A stretch of 64,000 bases of DNA from Chloropicon primus (taxonomy: Eukaryota). The stretch is taken from contig CP060755.1 of NCBI GenBank assembly GCA_023205875.1, forward strand, positions 806,001-870,000. The letters are read 5' to 3'. Shown one piece after another: positions 10,961-20,690 of this stretch. How positions within the stretch are numbered: position 1 is the stretch's first letter; every line of letters starts with the position of its first letter. The notes beneath the pieces were generated by a model that worked only from the letters and a program-made list of their open reading frames with translations, was not told the DNA's origin and ran no database searches. A program made the position numbers and the translations under genes.

Positions 10961-12622
10961 TCAGTTGTCCTTCAGGTATCTCTTGTCGGTGCCCCTGGCA
11001 ATCCCCGCGAGCATGCCAACGAGGCCCGGCAGGCCCTTGGCGACGAGGCTGAACCTCATGTCCCACGAGCTCTTGCTGAAGAGGGACAGGCCGAAAACGA
11101 TGAGCTCGGGCAGAGAGAGCCTGCTCGAGAGGAAGCCCTGCCAGTGAAAGTCCGACAAGCTGAAGAAGGCGGAGAAGAACTCCCTCGTGTTTGCCAGATC
11201 CAGGGATAGGAGAACCTCCATCCCAAAATTGAAGAACTCCCTCTGCGCGAGCCTTTCCTCCGGCCAGGCGGCATCCCACACCTCGACCGACAGGTCGTTG
11301 GCCTCGTTCCCCGTCTCCACGAAGGCGTCGCTACTCGAGGAGGAGGACTCCGCTTGCCTCGGGGAGCTCGCCGCGGGCATCCTGACTTCCGATCCGATCT
11401 TCGGCTGCCCCCCACCCAGGATGTCGATGATGGAGTCTGCCAGCCCCGGCGCGGCGCCGAGCATCCTGGAGACCATGTAACCCGTGCTCGGGTGGACCAT
11501 GCCAGCCGTGCCCCCGATGCCCAGCACCCTCTGCGGGACGTAGGGCAGCGAGCTTCCCATCGGAATGAGGCAAAACTCCTCCTCGTGGACGCTCTTTATG
11601 TTTATGCCCAGGTGCCTGAGCCTGGCCTCCATCCTCTCCTTCAGGTCGTCGAAGGGAACCGCCGGCCTTGCGACCAAGGAAGTCTCCTCCAGGAAGATCT
11701 CCGTCTCGCTGAACGGCATGGCGTACAGGAAGGTCGGCGTCCTGTCGTTCCTCGCCTTCAGCTCTGGCAAGTCCCTGAGGTGGTCGTCCCTCCAGTCCAT
11801 GAAAAGCATCTTGTCTAGGTCGAAGGGGTGCTTGTCCACCTCGACGAGGACCCCGTACGCCCCCTGGTAGCCCGGATCGTAGTCATCCCGGAACTGAACG
11901 AATTTCTTCGCGTGCCCCGTCGCGTCCAGCACGAGCTTCCCCCTGAGCTCCGTGCCATCGCTGCAGGTCACCACCGAGTACCCGCTCACGCTGAGTGGCA
12001 GGTTGTCCCACCCCATCGCCCCGCCGACCCCCCCGGCGCCCTTGGGCGTGAAGTTCTTCACCTCCTTCGCCAGGGCCTCCTTGAAACGAACCTCGTGCTC
12101 CAGGCAACGCTCGTACAGCCTGGTCTTGAGCTTCTTCCTGTCCACCCTTCCGTAAGGCCGCCTCAGCGTCTTCTCATCCTCGGCCCCGCTGTCCAGGAAA
12201 ACTGTCGCCTCGCTCCAAGTCTTGTCCAAGCAGTCCTCCAGCCCAAGGGCCTCGAACTCGTCGATCCACACGCCGTAGTTGTTGGGCCAAACCGCCGTCG
12301 GTTTCGGGTCCACGACGCACACCTTCCTCCCGCTCGACGCCACCCTCTCCGCGACCGCCAGTCCCGACGGCCCCGCGCCCACGATGACGAGGTCGTAGGT
12401 CGCCGTCCTCCCCTCCTCGCTCGCTCCCTCCGTGGTGGCCTCCCTCTCCACGCCCAAAGCGGACGCCGCCGCGACGCGGCCTTGGCGCACGCACCGCGGG
12501 ACCCCGCCTCGCCCGACGACCGCACTAACCCCCCTCCCCGTCGTCCCCTCCCTCGCACACCTCCTCCACCCGACCCCTTGGCCTCCCACCACCCTCCTCG
12601 TCCTCATCCTCCTCGTCCTCAT
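10961..12622 (-). CDS. LCYB: Lycopene beta-cyclase
   Basis: FAD motif 'DLVIVGAGPSGLAVA' and 'WPNNYGVWIDEF'. 'FLEETSLVARP' and 'GMVHPSTGY' are beta-type rather than epsilon-type signatures. A transit peptide is present; the start is approximate. Confidence 0.93.
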   Translation of the reverse strand: MRTRRMRTRRVVGGQGVGWRRCAREGTTGRGVSAVVGRGGVPRCVRQGRVAAASALGVEREATTEGASEEGRTATYDLVIVGAGPSGLAVAERVASSGRKVCVVDPKPTAVWPNNYGVWIDEFEALGLEDCLDKTWSEATVFLDSGAEDEKTLRRPYGRVDRKKLKTRLYERCLEHEVRFKEALAKEVKNFTPKGAGGVGGAMGWDNLPLSVSGYSVVTCSDGTELRGKLVLDATGHAKKFVQFRDDYDPGYQGAYGVLVEVDKHPFDLDKMLFMDWRDDHLRDLPELKARNDRTPTFLYAMPFSETEIFLEETSLVARPAVPFDDLKERMEARLRHLGINIKSVHEEEFCLIPMGSSLPYVPQRVLGIGGTAGMVHPSTGYMVSRMLGAAPGLADSIIDILGGGQPKIGSEVRMPAASSPRQAESSSSSSDAFVETGNEANDLSVEVWDAAWPEERLAQREFFNFGMEVLLSLDLANTREFFSAFFSLSDFHWQGFLSSRLSLPELIVFGLSLFSKSSWDMRFSLVAKGLPGLVGMLAGIARGTDKRYLKDN

Positions 12623-13012
12623 CCTCCTCCCTCCCTCGGACGGACGCCGAATCGGCCAAGTGACGGCTCTTTCGAAAGCCCTAGAAGCGAAGGGTTCGCC
12701 TACGACTCTTTCCCCGTCGTCTCCCACCCGTCCTCGTCGTCCCCTTTCCCTCTCTCTCTCCGCCCTCCGCTACGGATAAACTGGATAGCGTTATCGCTAT
12801 CTCAGCCCCAGGTTTCCAATCAAGTCTGGAGGTCTGCGATGCGAGGCGTTGGATGGTCGCCGCGGTTCCCGAGACGGGCGGAGGCAAGGAGGAAGACGAC
12901 GCGGACGGAGATCCTTGACCCTGGGACGCTCTCTGCTTCCCCGTGGCGCCATCCATCCCAAGGCGCGGCGAAACGAAGGCGAAACAAAGGCGAGAGCTTG
13001 GCTGCTGGGACC

Positions 13013-15067
13013 ATGGCGTGGAGATCGATGGGAGCGTCTACGAAGGGGAGGTGTCCTGCGCTGTGGCGACGGCGTCGGATTGTTGCTACGCCGAGAGGGG
13101 CTTCTTCGCCTGGGAGCGGGAGCGGGCCGAGGGCTGTCCGGGACGGCGAGGTGTACCTTCCGGAGGTGGAGGAGGGCGTTCGAAAATGGTCGACAGACGT
13201 TTCGAAGAGCCCTTACTTGAAGGGCTTGGGGGGCGAGGACGGGGCGAAGGACTCGCTGACGCTCTGCGCGGTGGACATGGGGACGAACTCCTTTCATATG
13301 GTCATCGTCAAGGCGGATCCCAAAGGGAACGTCGTGGTGGTGGAGCAGATGAAGGAGGAGGTCAGGATCCTGGGGGGCTCGGGAAGCTTCAACGTGATCA
13401 TGGAGGAGACCGAGGCTTACGCGATATCCGTTCTGCATCGGATGCAGAACATCGCGAGCTCGAAGGGGTGCGACCAGGTGAGACTGGTGGGAACGTCGGC
13501 GGTAAGGGAGGCCAGGAACAGCAACGCTTTCCTTAGGAAGGTGCGCAACGTCACCGGGCTGCAGGTCGAGGTCATCTCCGGTCAGGAGGAGGCGAGGCTC
13601 GTGTACCTCGGGGCGATGCAGGCAGTGCCGATAAGGGACAAGGACGTTTTGGTGGTGGACATAGGGGGCGGGAGCACCGAGATTCTGTACGGGAAGGGGG
13701 GGAAGCCAGCTTTCGCCATTTCGCTTCAGTTGGGTCACTTGAGGTTGTTCGAGCAGTGCATGGGCGCGCTGGACGAAAGTGGGTTCATCCCAGGGGCAAA
13801 GGTTGACGAGTGCAGGTCGAAGGTCCAGCTGGTCCTGAACGAGACCGGGATCAAGGAGGAGCTGCTGGAGTTGATGATGAGCAAGGGCTCGGGCGGGGAG
13901 GCGGGCATGCAAGTGGGGGGCGTGAGCCAAGCGATCGACGTGGCCGTGGGCTGCTCTGGGACCATCGAGCGTGTCGAGGCCATGATTTCTGCCATGAAAC
14001 AGGCGCCCCCTGTCGGCAAGGCGCTCAAAAAGTTTTCGGGCAAGTTCGCGCTGAACGACGACTCGATGGCGGGCAGCACTGGGGCCGGGTCCAAGGTGCT
14101 GTACACGGTTCACGACAACTTGGAGGAGGGCAAGTTCACCAAAGCGGGCTTGAAGGATCTTGTGGCGGTGCTAGTGTCTTGCAAGTCAAGGAAGGAGAGA
14201 TCGAACTTGCCTGGGATGAACATCAAAAGGGTTGATCTGATAGTCTCGGGGGCTTTGATCTTGGAGGGCATCATGGACTACCTGGAACTCGACAGCATGA
14301 CGGTCTCGCCTTTCGCACTGAGAGAAGGAATTATCTTCGACTCGCTGACGAAGAGCATCCCAGGCTTCAAGCCAACCCCGTGCATAAGGCGAGACTCCCT
14401 GATGCAGTTGGCCAGGCGGTTCGATACCGAGAACAGGCTGAGAAGCGCAAAACATTCTGCGAAGCTCGCAAAGCTTTTAGTGGAGAGTCTCAGGAGCGGG
14501 CCGAGACCACCTCCAGCTCTGGAGCTGCTCGACGACAGGTTTGAGTTCTTGCTCGAGGCTGCGATACTGCTGCACAGCGTCGGCATTTTCGTGAACCACG
14601 CCAAGCACCACAAGCATGCTTACTATATCATCAAGAACAGCGACATTTTGCTCGGTTTCACGCCGACGGAAGTTGAGATTTTGGCCCTGCTAGCGCTTTA
14701 CCACCGGAAAAAGTACCCCAACCCGAAGAAGGCAACCATTTCGAGCCTGCCCAAAGAGATCCAGGACCGGATTGTGCTCATGACGGGAATCATGAGGGTG
14801 TGCATTGCGTTGGACAGGAGGAATACAGCCTCTGCGGTGGAGTCTATCCAAGTGCTGCACGACGAGGAGGGGGAGTCGTGCGTCCTCGTCGCCGAGCCCG
14901 GGGTAAACTCTGCCGGCGTGGTTCACGACATCACCTTCGAGCTGTGGGCCGTAAAGCAGGAGTTAGATTACTTTGCATCGACCGTGGGGAGGGCCTTCAC
15001 CGTTGTCGAGGGAGATCGGGCAGAGCCGGATCAGGAGGGGAGCGCGAACCCGTACATAAGCTCGTGA
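13013..15067 (+). CDS. Ppx/GppA exopolyphosphatase / pppGpp phosphohydrolase family with C-terminal HD-like domain
   Basis: ASKHA motifs 'AVDMGTNSFHM', 'GTSAVREARN', 'EVISGQEEARL', 'VDIGGGSTE' and 'ALREG', with C-terminal 'LLHSVG..HHKHAYYIIKNS'. An alternative start lies at 12839. The first third of the track ORF (from 11828) is antisense to LCYB. Confidence 0.92.
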   Translation: MAWRSMGASTKGRCPALWRRRRIVATPRGASSPGSGSGPRAVRDGEVYLPEVEEGVRKWSTDVSKSPYLKGLGGEDGAKDSLTLCAVDMGTNSFHMVIVKADPKGNVVVVEQMKEEVRILGGSGSFNVIMEETEAYAISVLHRMQNIASSKGCDQVRLVGTSAVREARNSNAFLRKVRNVTGLQVEVISGQEEARLVYLGAMQAVPIRDKDVLVVDIGGGSTEILYGKGGKPAFAISLQLGHLRLFEQCMGALDESGFIPGAKVDECRSKVQLVLNETGIKEELLELMMSKGSGGEAGMQVGGVSQAIDVAVGCSGTIERVEAMISAMKQAPPVGKALKKFSGKFALNDDSMAGSTGAGSKVLYTVHDNLEEGKFTKAGLKDLVAVLVSCKSRKERSNLPGMNIKRVDLIVSGALILEGIMDYLELDSMTVSPFALREGIIFDSLTKSIPGFKPTPCIRRDSLMQLARRFDTENRLRSAKHSAKLAKLLVESLRSGPRPPPALELLDDRFEFLLEAAILLHSVGIFVNHAKHHKHAYYIIKNSDILLGFTPTEVEILALLALYHRKKYPNPKKATISSLPKEIQDRIVLMTGIMRVCIALDRRNTASAVESIQVLHDEEGESCVLVAEPGVNSAGVVHDITFELWAVKQELDYFASTVGRAFTVVEGDRAEPDQEGSANPYISS

Positions 15068-15099
15068 TTCATTCATAAAAATATTCAAGGGCTAGCAAT

Positions 15100-16701
15100 T
15101 TATTTCTTCTTTTTCTTCGCCCTCTCGTTCCTCTTTATCAGGTTGATCGCCGTCTTCTCCCTAAGCTCGTTCCTGGTCAGTGGCCTGTCCTCCAACTCGT
15201 CTTCGCTATCACTGGATTCGTCCTTCGAGTCCAGCGTGGTGGAAGGGGGATCGATCTGCAGGGCGTAGAGGGACGAAGTCGCTTGCCCGTGCGCTTGCGA
15301 CCTCATCTCGCTCGCGTTGTCTGAAACCGCCTGGTAAGCCGTAGAGTTCATGAACATCATCGACAACTCGGTGGCCCTCTGCTCCACTATGGCCAGGTAA
15401 TGCAGTATGTTCGCTTCCGTGACACCCTCGACAAGGAGCTCCTTTGGGATGACCGCATTGCAGCCGGTCTTGTTGCAGATGCTCACGATCGAGTTTTTGA
15501 CGATCGAAAGCGCCCTGACCACAGACTGGAAGTTTTGCTCCTGCTTCTCCGTCTTTTCCTTGCAGGCAGCAATCTTCTCGTCGTACTCCTTCACCAGCTG
15601 CTTGTGCTGAATCTCGCTCGCTTCGTCTTGGCCCTTGTACTTTTCGATCTCCAGCATGATCTCCTCGATCTGCTCGTCCAGCTTCTCGGACTCTCTCGAC
15701 AAGTCGTTCAAGTAATTGTAGAGGGAGAAGTTCTGCTCCTCGCTGACGATGAAGTTCTTCACGAGCTCGTCCATGTCGGAAGTGCCCGTCGCGTCCTTGA
15801 TCTTCAGGAAAGCCTCCTCAAAGGACTGGACCTTGGACTGCTTCGAGACCTTGTCCTTCACCGAGTTTATCTGGGCCTTGGCTTTCTTGGCCCTCATAGC
15901 GTTGATCTGTTCCACGTGTGCGTTCGCCCTCAGTATGCTGGCCCGCCTCAGTTGCAAGTGCAGCTTCGCGTCCGAGTCAATGACTTGGTTCAGCCCCTGG
16001 AGCTCGTCCTCGAACGTCGACTGCTCCCTGTCCGACTGGGCCCTCAACGCGGCAATCTCGTTTTGCGCCTGGTCCCTCGCCTCGTACGCCACGTTTGACA
16101 CCTCAATCACGTTGGTCATCTCCTTCTTCTTCTCCTGGAGCTCCTTCTCGAGCTTCTTGTAGATCTGGTCGAAGACGACCCTCTCGCGCCTCAGGTTGTC
16201 AATCTCCGTCCGCAGGGACTTGTTCTGCGCCAACGCTTCGTTGAACTTCACCAAGGCCTTGTCCAACCTGTTCTCCAGGATCTTGATTTGCTTGCTAACG
16301 TTCATGGTGTTCTCCCTCGCTGCGTTCACTCCCCCCATGTTCCGGCGCGTCTCCATGCTCTGCTTCCGGAACATCTCGATCTCCCGCTTCAGCTGGTCCG
16401 CCATGATGCGCTCCTCCTCGATCTTGTGGCTATAAAAGTCGGCCTCCTCCTGGGCCTTGTGGATGCTCTTCTTCATGCTCGGAGTCATGGGAGCGAGCTC
16501 GCGCTTCTTGTGCAAAGCAATCTCCGATTTCAGCTGGTTGTTCTCCTGCTTCAGCTTCTCTATCGTGTGCCTCTGCTGCACTATCGTCTTCTGGCTGTCC
16601 TCGCTGTAACTCTTCCTGTTCCCTTCCATGATACGATACTTGCGTTGAAGCTCCGCGAGCTGCATTTCAGCGTCGCTTCCCACCGTACTCGGCCGCGACA
16701 T
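15100..16701 (-). CDS. ODA1: Outer dynein arm docking complex subunit DC2 (ODA1/CCDC114/ODAD1 family)
   Basis: Coiled coil with 'RRNMGGVNAA..IKILENRLDKALVKFN..NKSLRTEIDNLRRERVVF', 'EEQNFSLYNYLN' and terminal 'RPLTRNEL'. Confidence 0.85.
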   Translation of the reverse strand: MSRPSTVGSDAEMQLAELQRKYRIMEGNRKSYSEDSQKTIVQQRHTIEKLKQENNQLKSEIALHKKRELAPMTPSMKKSIHKAQEEADFYSHKIEEERIMADQLKREIEMFRKQSMETRRNMGGVNAARENTMNVSKQIKILENRLDKALVKFNEALAQNKSLRTEIDNLRRERVVFDQIYKKLEKELQEKKKEMTNVIEVSNVAYEARDQAQNEIAALRAQSDREQSTFEDELQGLNQVIDSDAKLHLQLRRASILRANAHVEQINAMRAKKAKAQINSVKDKVSKQSKVQSFEEAFLKIKDATGTSDMDELVKNFIVSEEQNFSLYNYLNDLSRESEKLDEQIEEIMLEIEKYKGQDEASEIQHKQLVKEYDEKIAACKEKTEKQEQNFQSVVRALSIVKNSIVSICNKTGCNAVIPKELLVEGVTEANILHYLAIVEQRATELSMMFMNSTAYQAVSDNASEMRSQAHGQATSSLYALQIDPPSTTLDSKDESSDSEDELEDRPLTRNELREKTAINLIKRNERAKKKKK

Positions 16702-17473
16702 CTTTCCCTCACGTAGGGTCAAAAAAAAGAAAAAAAGAAAAAGGTTTGGATTCTTGTGATGTGTCACAAGGTAAGACAAGGCAAGGCAAGGCAAGGCAAG
16801 GAAGACCTCCTTGGGGTCGTCTTGCTTCTCTTGCTCCTTACACCTCCGCTGGGTCTTGCTCTCCTCTCTTGGGGGTTCATTGACTTTTTTTTTGAATGAC
16901 CAAGGACGACTGACTTGGCCTGATCGAAACAAACTTATACGAAAAACACATGGAACCACAGCGGTGAAAATACACTAAGAGGAACGTTTCAGGAAGAACG
17001 CAGGGAGTCGTACAAAACCAGGAAATTTACGCCTTGGTTTGTACGACTCACGGAGGTCGTTGTAGAAGTGTACGTGCGGGAGAAACATTTGCACTTGTGT
17101 GAGACTCTCTGGTTTTGGATAAGCCGAGAGGAGGAAGGGAGTCGAGAGGAGGGAGTCGTGAGGTGTTTGCCGGTCTTTGGTTGGCAGGAAGGGTGTTGAG
17201 AGGTCGAGGAGGTTGCACAGAGGGAAGCGTCTCGTCGAGATCGTTCGAAAGAGCCCTCACTAGAGTTCAGGGGTGAACTGCTTGGACGGTTTTGTCCCGA
17301 GAGAGAGCCGAGGCAGAGCGACAGACAGGAGGGTGATGGACGGGTAGACCGAGAGGGGAGGGGGCGTGAAGGGTGGGAGACCGGTGCGCACGGAGAAGTT
17401 CATCGCGTCTTAAGTTCATCGTGTCCACTGAAATCGCTTGGCCTGGAGGTCCTTTGGGTTGTTGTTGTTATTG

Positions 17474-18592
17474 ATGATGATGGAGAGGGTGAGGGTGGTG
17501 GGAGGGTCGAGGAGGGCCACGAATGTTGCGTCGTGGGGGCTTCGAGAGAGGCGGAGGTCCGTTCAAGAGGGGGAGATCATCCACCGGAGACGTGCACCGT
17601 GTGGGTGTCGGACGACGACGCAACAGCAGCAGGGAGGGAGGAGGGGAGAGACCTCGAGTCCTCTCTGCTCCACCTCGTCCTCCTCCTCCTCCTCCTCGTC
17701 CTCGTCGTTGGGCACGGTTCCAGGAAAGTTCGAGGGGATCTCTAAGGTACTGAGCCGGGTGGTGACGGCCACCTCGATTCCCTACGTCACGTACGTCCCC
17801 AAGCCTGCGAGCGTCCTGCACCACGTGGACCCGAGGCTGAAGCAGATCGTCGCGGCGGTGTGCCTGTTGGTTGCGGCACGGGGGACGATAGAGACCAGGC
17901 TCGCGCTGTGCGTTGGCATCGGGGCCACCTCCGTGCTGTGCCTCCCCAAGTCCTACTCCCTTCAGCAGCTCCTCGGGGTCGTGAAACTCTGCGTGCTCGT
18001 AGGAATCTTCACCCTCCTGGCCGCCGATGCGGTGACGGTCCCCTTGCAGGAGAGGCTGCCGACGGACCCAGACCTTCTCGGCCTGGACCTCTTCAAGGAC
18101 ACCACTTCTTACAAGTACACACTGGCAAACCTGGGAATCATTAAGATCACGAGGAGGTCCGTGAACCTGGCCGCGGCGGCTTGCGCGCTTCAGTTCGCCA
18201 CCATCCAGTCCACGATCATCTGCCTCACGACGACGAGCCCGGAGGAGCTCACCAAGGCGTTCACGGGCTTCTTCCTCCTGCCCTTGAAGTGGTTCCGGCT
18301 CGTGAACGTGAACGAGCTCAGCCTGAGCATTTTGCTCTCGTTCAGGTTTTTGGGCCTCATCTTTGAGGAGCTTCAGAACGTGGCCAAAGGGATGCTGTCC
18401 AGGAACATAAACTGGAAGGACTTGGCCCTCGTGGCGCGGATCGACATCGGGACCACGCTGATCAGCAAGGCTATAAACAACCTGCTTTCGATATCGAACC
18501 AGATAGCAAGGTCCATGATGGTCAGGGGATACAGCGCAAAGTCCTTTGTTCACCCTCACTTGGCCGACGTGAAGGAGAGAGGGAATGAGTGA
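17474..18592 (+). CDS. ECF transporter T component (CbiQ/EcfT; plant ABCI12-like), plastid-targeted
   Basis: 'SVLHHVDPRLK', 'TTTSPEEL', 'LSFRFLGLIFEELQNV' and 'IARSMMVRGY'. Multiple TM segments and a transit-peptide-like N-terminus. Confidence 0.85.
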   Translation: MMMERVRVVGGSRRATNVASWGLRERRRSVQEGEIIHRRRAPCGCRTTTQQQQGGRRGETSSPLCSTSSSSSSSSSSSLGTVPGKFEGISKVLSRVVTATSIPYVTYVPKPASVLHHVDPRLKQIVAAVCLLVAARGTIETRLALCVGIGATSVLCLPKSYSLQQLLGVVKLCVLVGIFTLLAADAVTVPLQERLPTDPDLLGLDLFKDTTSYKYTLANLGIIKITRRSVNLAAAACALQFATIQSTIICLTTTSPEELTKAFTGFFLLPLKWFRLVNVNELSLSILLSFRFLGLIFEELQNVAKGMLSRNINWKDLALVARIDIGTTLISKAINNLLSISNQIARSMMVRGYSAKSFVHPHLADVKERGNE

Positions 18593-18718
18593 ATGGATGA
18601 ACGGATTAAAATGCTTCCCCTTATTAAAGCGCGCTACGCTGATGCATTTGCAACCCCTCCCCCCTCCCCCGCGCCCCCTGCCCCGCCGAGCGCCCCTCTC
18701 GCGTCGGATTCCTCCATC

Positions 18719-20362
18719 CTAACCCTTGTTGTCCCGAGCCTTCTCCTGCGGCCGGTACCTTTCCTCCCTGGCCCGAGCAAAGTGGTACGCCGAGGCGTAG
18801 ATCCACTGCGGCTTGACGACCACGGCCTTGGCGGTCTGGCCAAGAGCAATGTCCGTTGAGGACACCACGTGGGTCACTCCGTCGTCCAGAAGCCTGGTGC
18901 AGACCGCCCCAAACTCCTCGGAGAGCTTCCAAAGGGGGTGGCGCTCCAGGTGCTCAGGTGCTCCGCCCTCGGGGAACATCTTCCCGAAGCAAATGTTGCA
19001 TCCAGCCAGGACCCTCTTCTTCCTGGCCTTGAGGATCTCCCTCACGTCCGTCTCCCCGGGTTCCGTATTCGAAAAGTACTCCTTGTGAATCTCCTTGAGC
19101 ACCTTGAGCACGCTCGCCAGAGGCCCAAACTTGGAGTTCTCGTCGTTCTTCCTCTCCAAGAGGCACTTGCCCCTGATGTGAAAGTGCTTCAAGCTCGAGG
19201 GGAAGAAGTGGTACCTCTCCACCTCCAGGACGTTTGCCCGGTGCCTGTGCCAGACCTTGGGGCTGTCGTCCAGGATCAGCACCGACTTCTCCGTCCCAAT
19301 CAGCACGTCCAGGTCTTTCACGCTGTTGCTCGTGCTGTCGTTCTTAGAAACGATGTGGTCCCCAAAGAAGCTCTTGTCCGGATCCAGAAGTTTTACCATC
19401 TCCTCTGCGTACCCCCTCTCCCCCATGGTGTACACGTGCAGGTCAAACAGCTTGCTCGCTTCCTCCAACACCTGGTGGTAGTAAGGCCGTAGCTTTGTCC
19501 ACATTTGGATGTGCTGAAGGTGGAACAAGGTCTGGCTCCCCGGCGGCACCGTCATGTTCTTGGTCTCAAACCCCCGAAACACCTCCACCTCCTTGGCAAC
19601 GACCTCGTCGAGCAGCGGCATATCCTTTTCCGTGATGTCCTTCTTGTGGGAGGAGTTCAGAAGCGTGTGGTCCAGGTCGAACACCAAGGTCAGCTTCTTT
19701 TGCGCGATGAGCCGGGACGCCTCCCTCAGCTTCAGCTCCCTCACGTACTCCTTGTTGATCTCCAAGTCGCTGTGAAGGTAACGCATACTGATCGACCGAG
19801 GCTCCCCCCCCGCCGACGAGTCCTCCACCTTCTGCAGCTCCCCGCACCTTATGCACAGCCCGCGGAGGAAGCCTGGATGGGGCGGGCACGTCTCGCTCGC
19901 AACGTTGCCGATGCCCGACTGCTGCTTGGGATCGCCCTGCGCATCCGTCAGCACGAGAGAAGGCATTGCACGGTGCGGGGCCCTCACCTTCGAGGCCGCC
20001 AAGTTGTCCGCCGTTGCCTTCCTCTTCCGAGAGCGCACGGGCCTCTTCAGGGCCTTCCTCGTGGCCTCGAGGGCGACTCCCTCGGCCGCCCCGCTCGTGC
20101 TCGCCTTGGGCACAACCTCTCCATCCGACCTGGCGCAGCGATCGACGACGACGGCGTTCAGACCAGGAACGCTTTGAGCCCCAGGCTTGGCCCCGGAAGA
20201 AGCCAATGGAGCCCCCTCGGTTTCGTTTTTTTCGAGGTCTTCTTCGAGCTCGTCCTCGAGCTCCTTCTCCAGCGTCCGAAGGAACCACTCGTCGTCCTCG
20301 CAAGCCTGCCCTTCCTCCCCGGAGGACGGATCGTACTCCCCCTCGTCCCTCTCCTCCTCCAT
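18719..20362 (-). CDS. RNA polymerase II CTD phosphatase (FCP1/CPL4-like) with BRCT domain
   Basis: 'KKLTLVFDLDHTLLNS' (DxDxT), 'WTKLRP', 'ILDDSPKVW', N-terminal 'CPPHPGFLRGLCIRCG', and BRCT 'VTHVV...VVKPQWI'. Confidence 0.92.
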   Translation of the reverse strand: MEEERDEGEYDPSSGEEGQACEDDEWFLRTLEKELEDELEEDLEKNETEGAPLASSGAKPGAQSVPGLNAVVVDRCARSDGEVVPKASTSGAAEGVALEATRKALKRPVRSRKRKATADNLAASKVRAPHRAMPSLVLTDAQGDPKQQSGIGNVASETCPPHPGFLRGLCIRCGELQKVEDSSAGGEPRSISMRYLHSDLEINKEYVRELKLREASRLIAQKKLTLVFDLDHTLLNSSHKKDITEKDMPLLDEVVAKEVEVFRGFETKNMTVPPGSQTLFHLQHIQMWTKLRPYYHQVLEEASKLFDLHVYTMGERGYAEEMVKLLDPDKSFFGDHIVSKNDSTSNSVKDLDVLIGTEKSVLILDDSPKVWHRHRANVLEVERYHFFPSSLKHFHIRGKCLLERKNDENSKFGPLASVLKVLKEIHKEYFSNTEPGETDVREILKARKKRVLAGCNICFGKMFPEGGAPEHLERHPLWKLSEEFGAVCTRLLDDGVTHVVSSTDIALGQTAKAVVVKPQWIYASAYHFARAREERYRPQEKARDNKG

Positions 20363-20690
20363 CCTCTTCCCATGAATTACGATCGAGGATCCAAGCGGCT
20401 TGGCTTTTGGCGGGAGAATGGAGAATGGACGAGTGTCGTCTGTCAGAGAGGGGACAGGAGGCACAGGAGGGAGGGGAGGGAAGGCCTTGGTGGTTTGGTG
20501 GGACTGGTCTGTGCATGGTTCATCCCCTAGGCTGGGCCATCGCCCATCTTGGCGGGAGATGGATTGAAATCGGGCATCTTGTTGGTGGTGGACTGCTGGG
20601 TGGAAACACTTCTACTTTGATAAAGCGAGGAAACACGGTGTGTTACATTGTTTATATTAGTGCACAAGGAGAAGGGGGTGGGGGAAAGAA

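Noticed and set aside
10961..12622. Prasinophyte-type LCYB-LCYE-LHC fusion
   Set aside because: Only one cyclase domain is present, followed by a stop and a TGTAA signal.
11828..13012. Apparent 1079-aa Ppx/GppA with a large N-terminal extension or fusion
   Set aside because: Most of the extension is the antisense shadow of LCYB plus the divergent promoter. The real start is probably 12839 or 13013.
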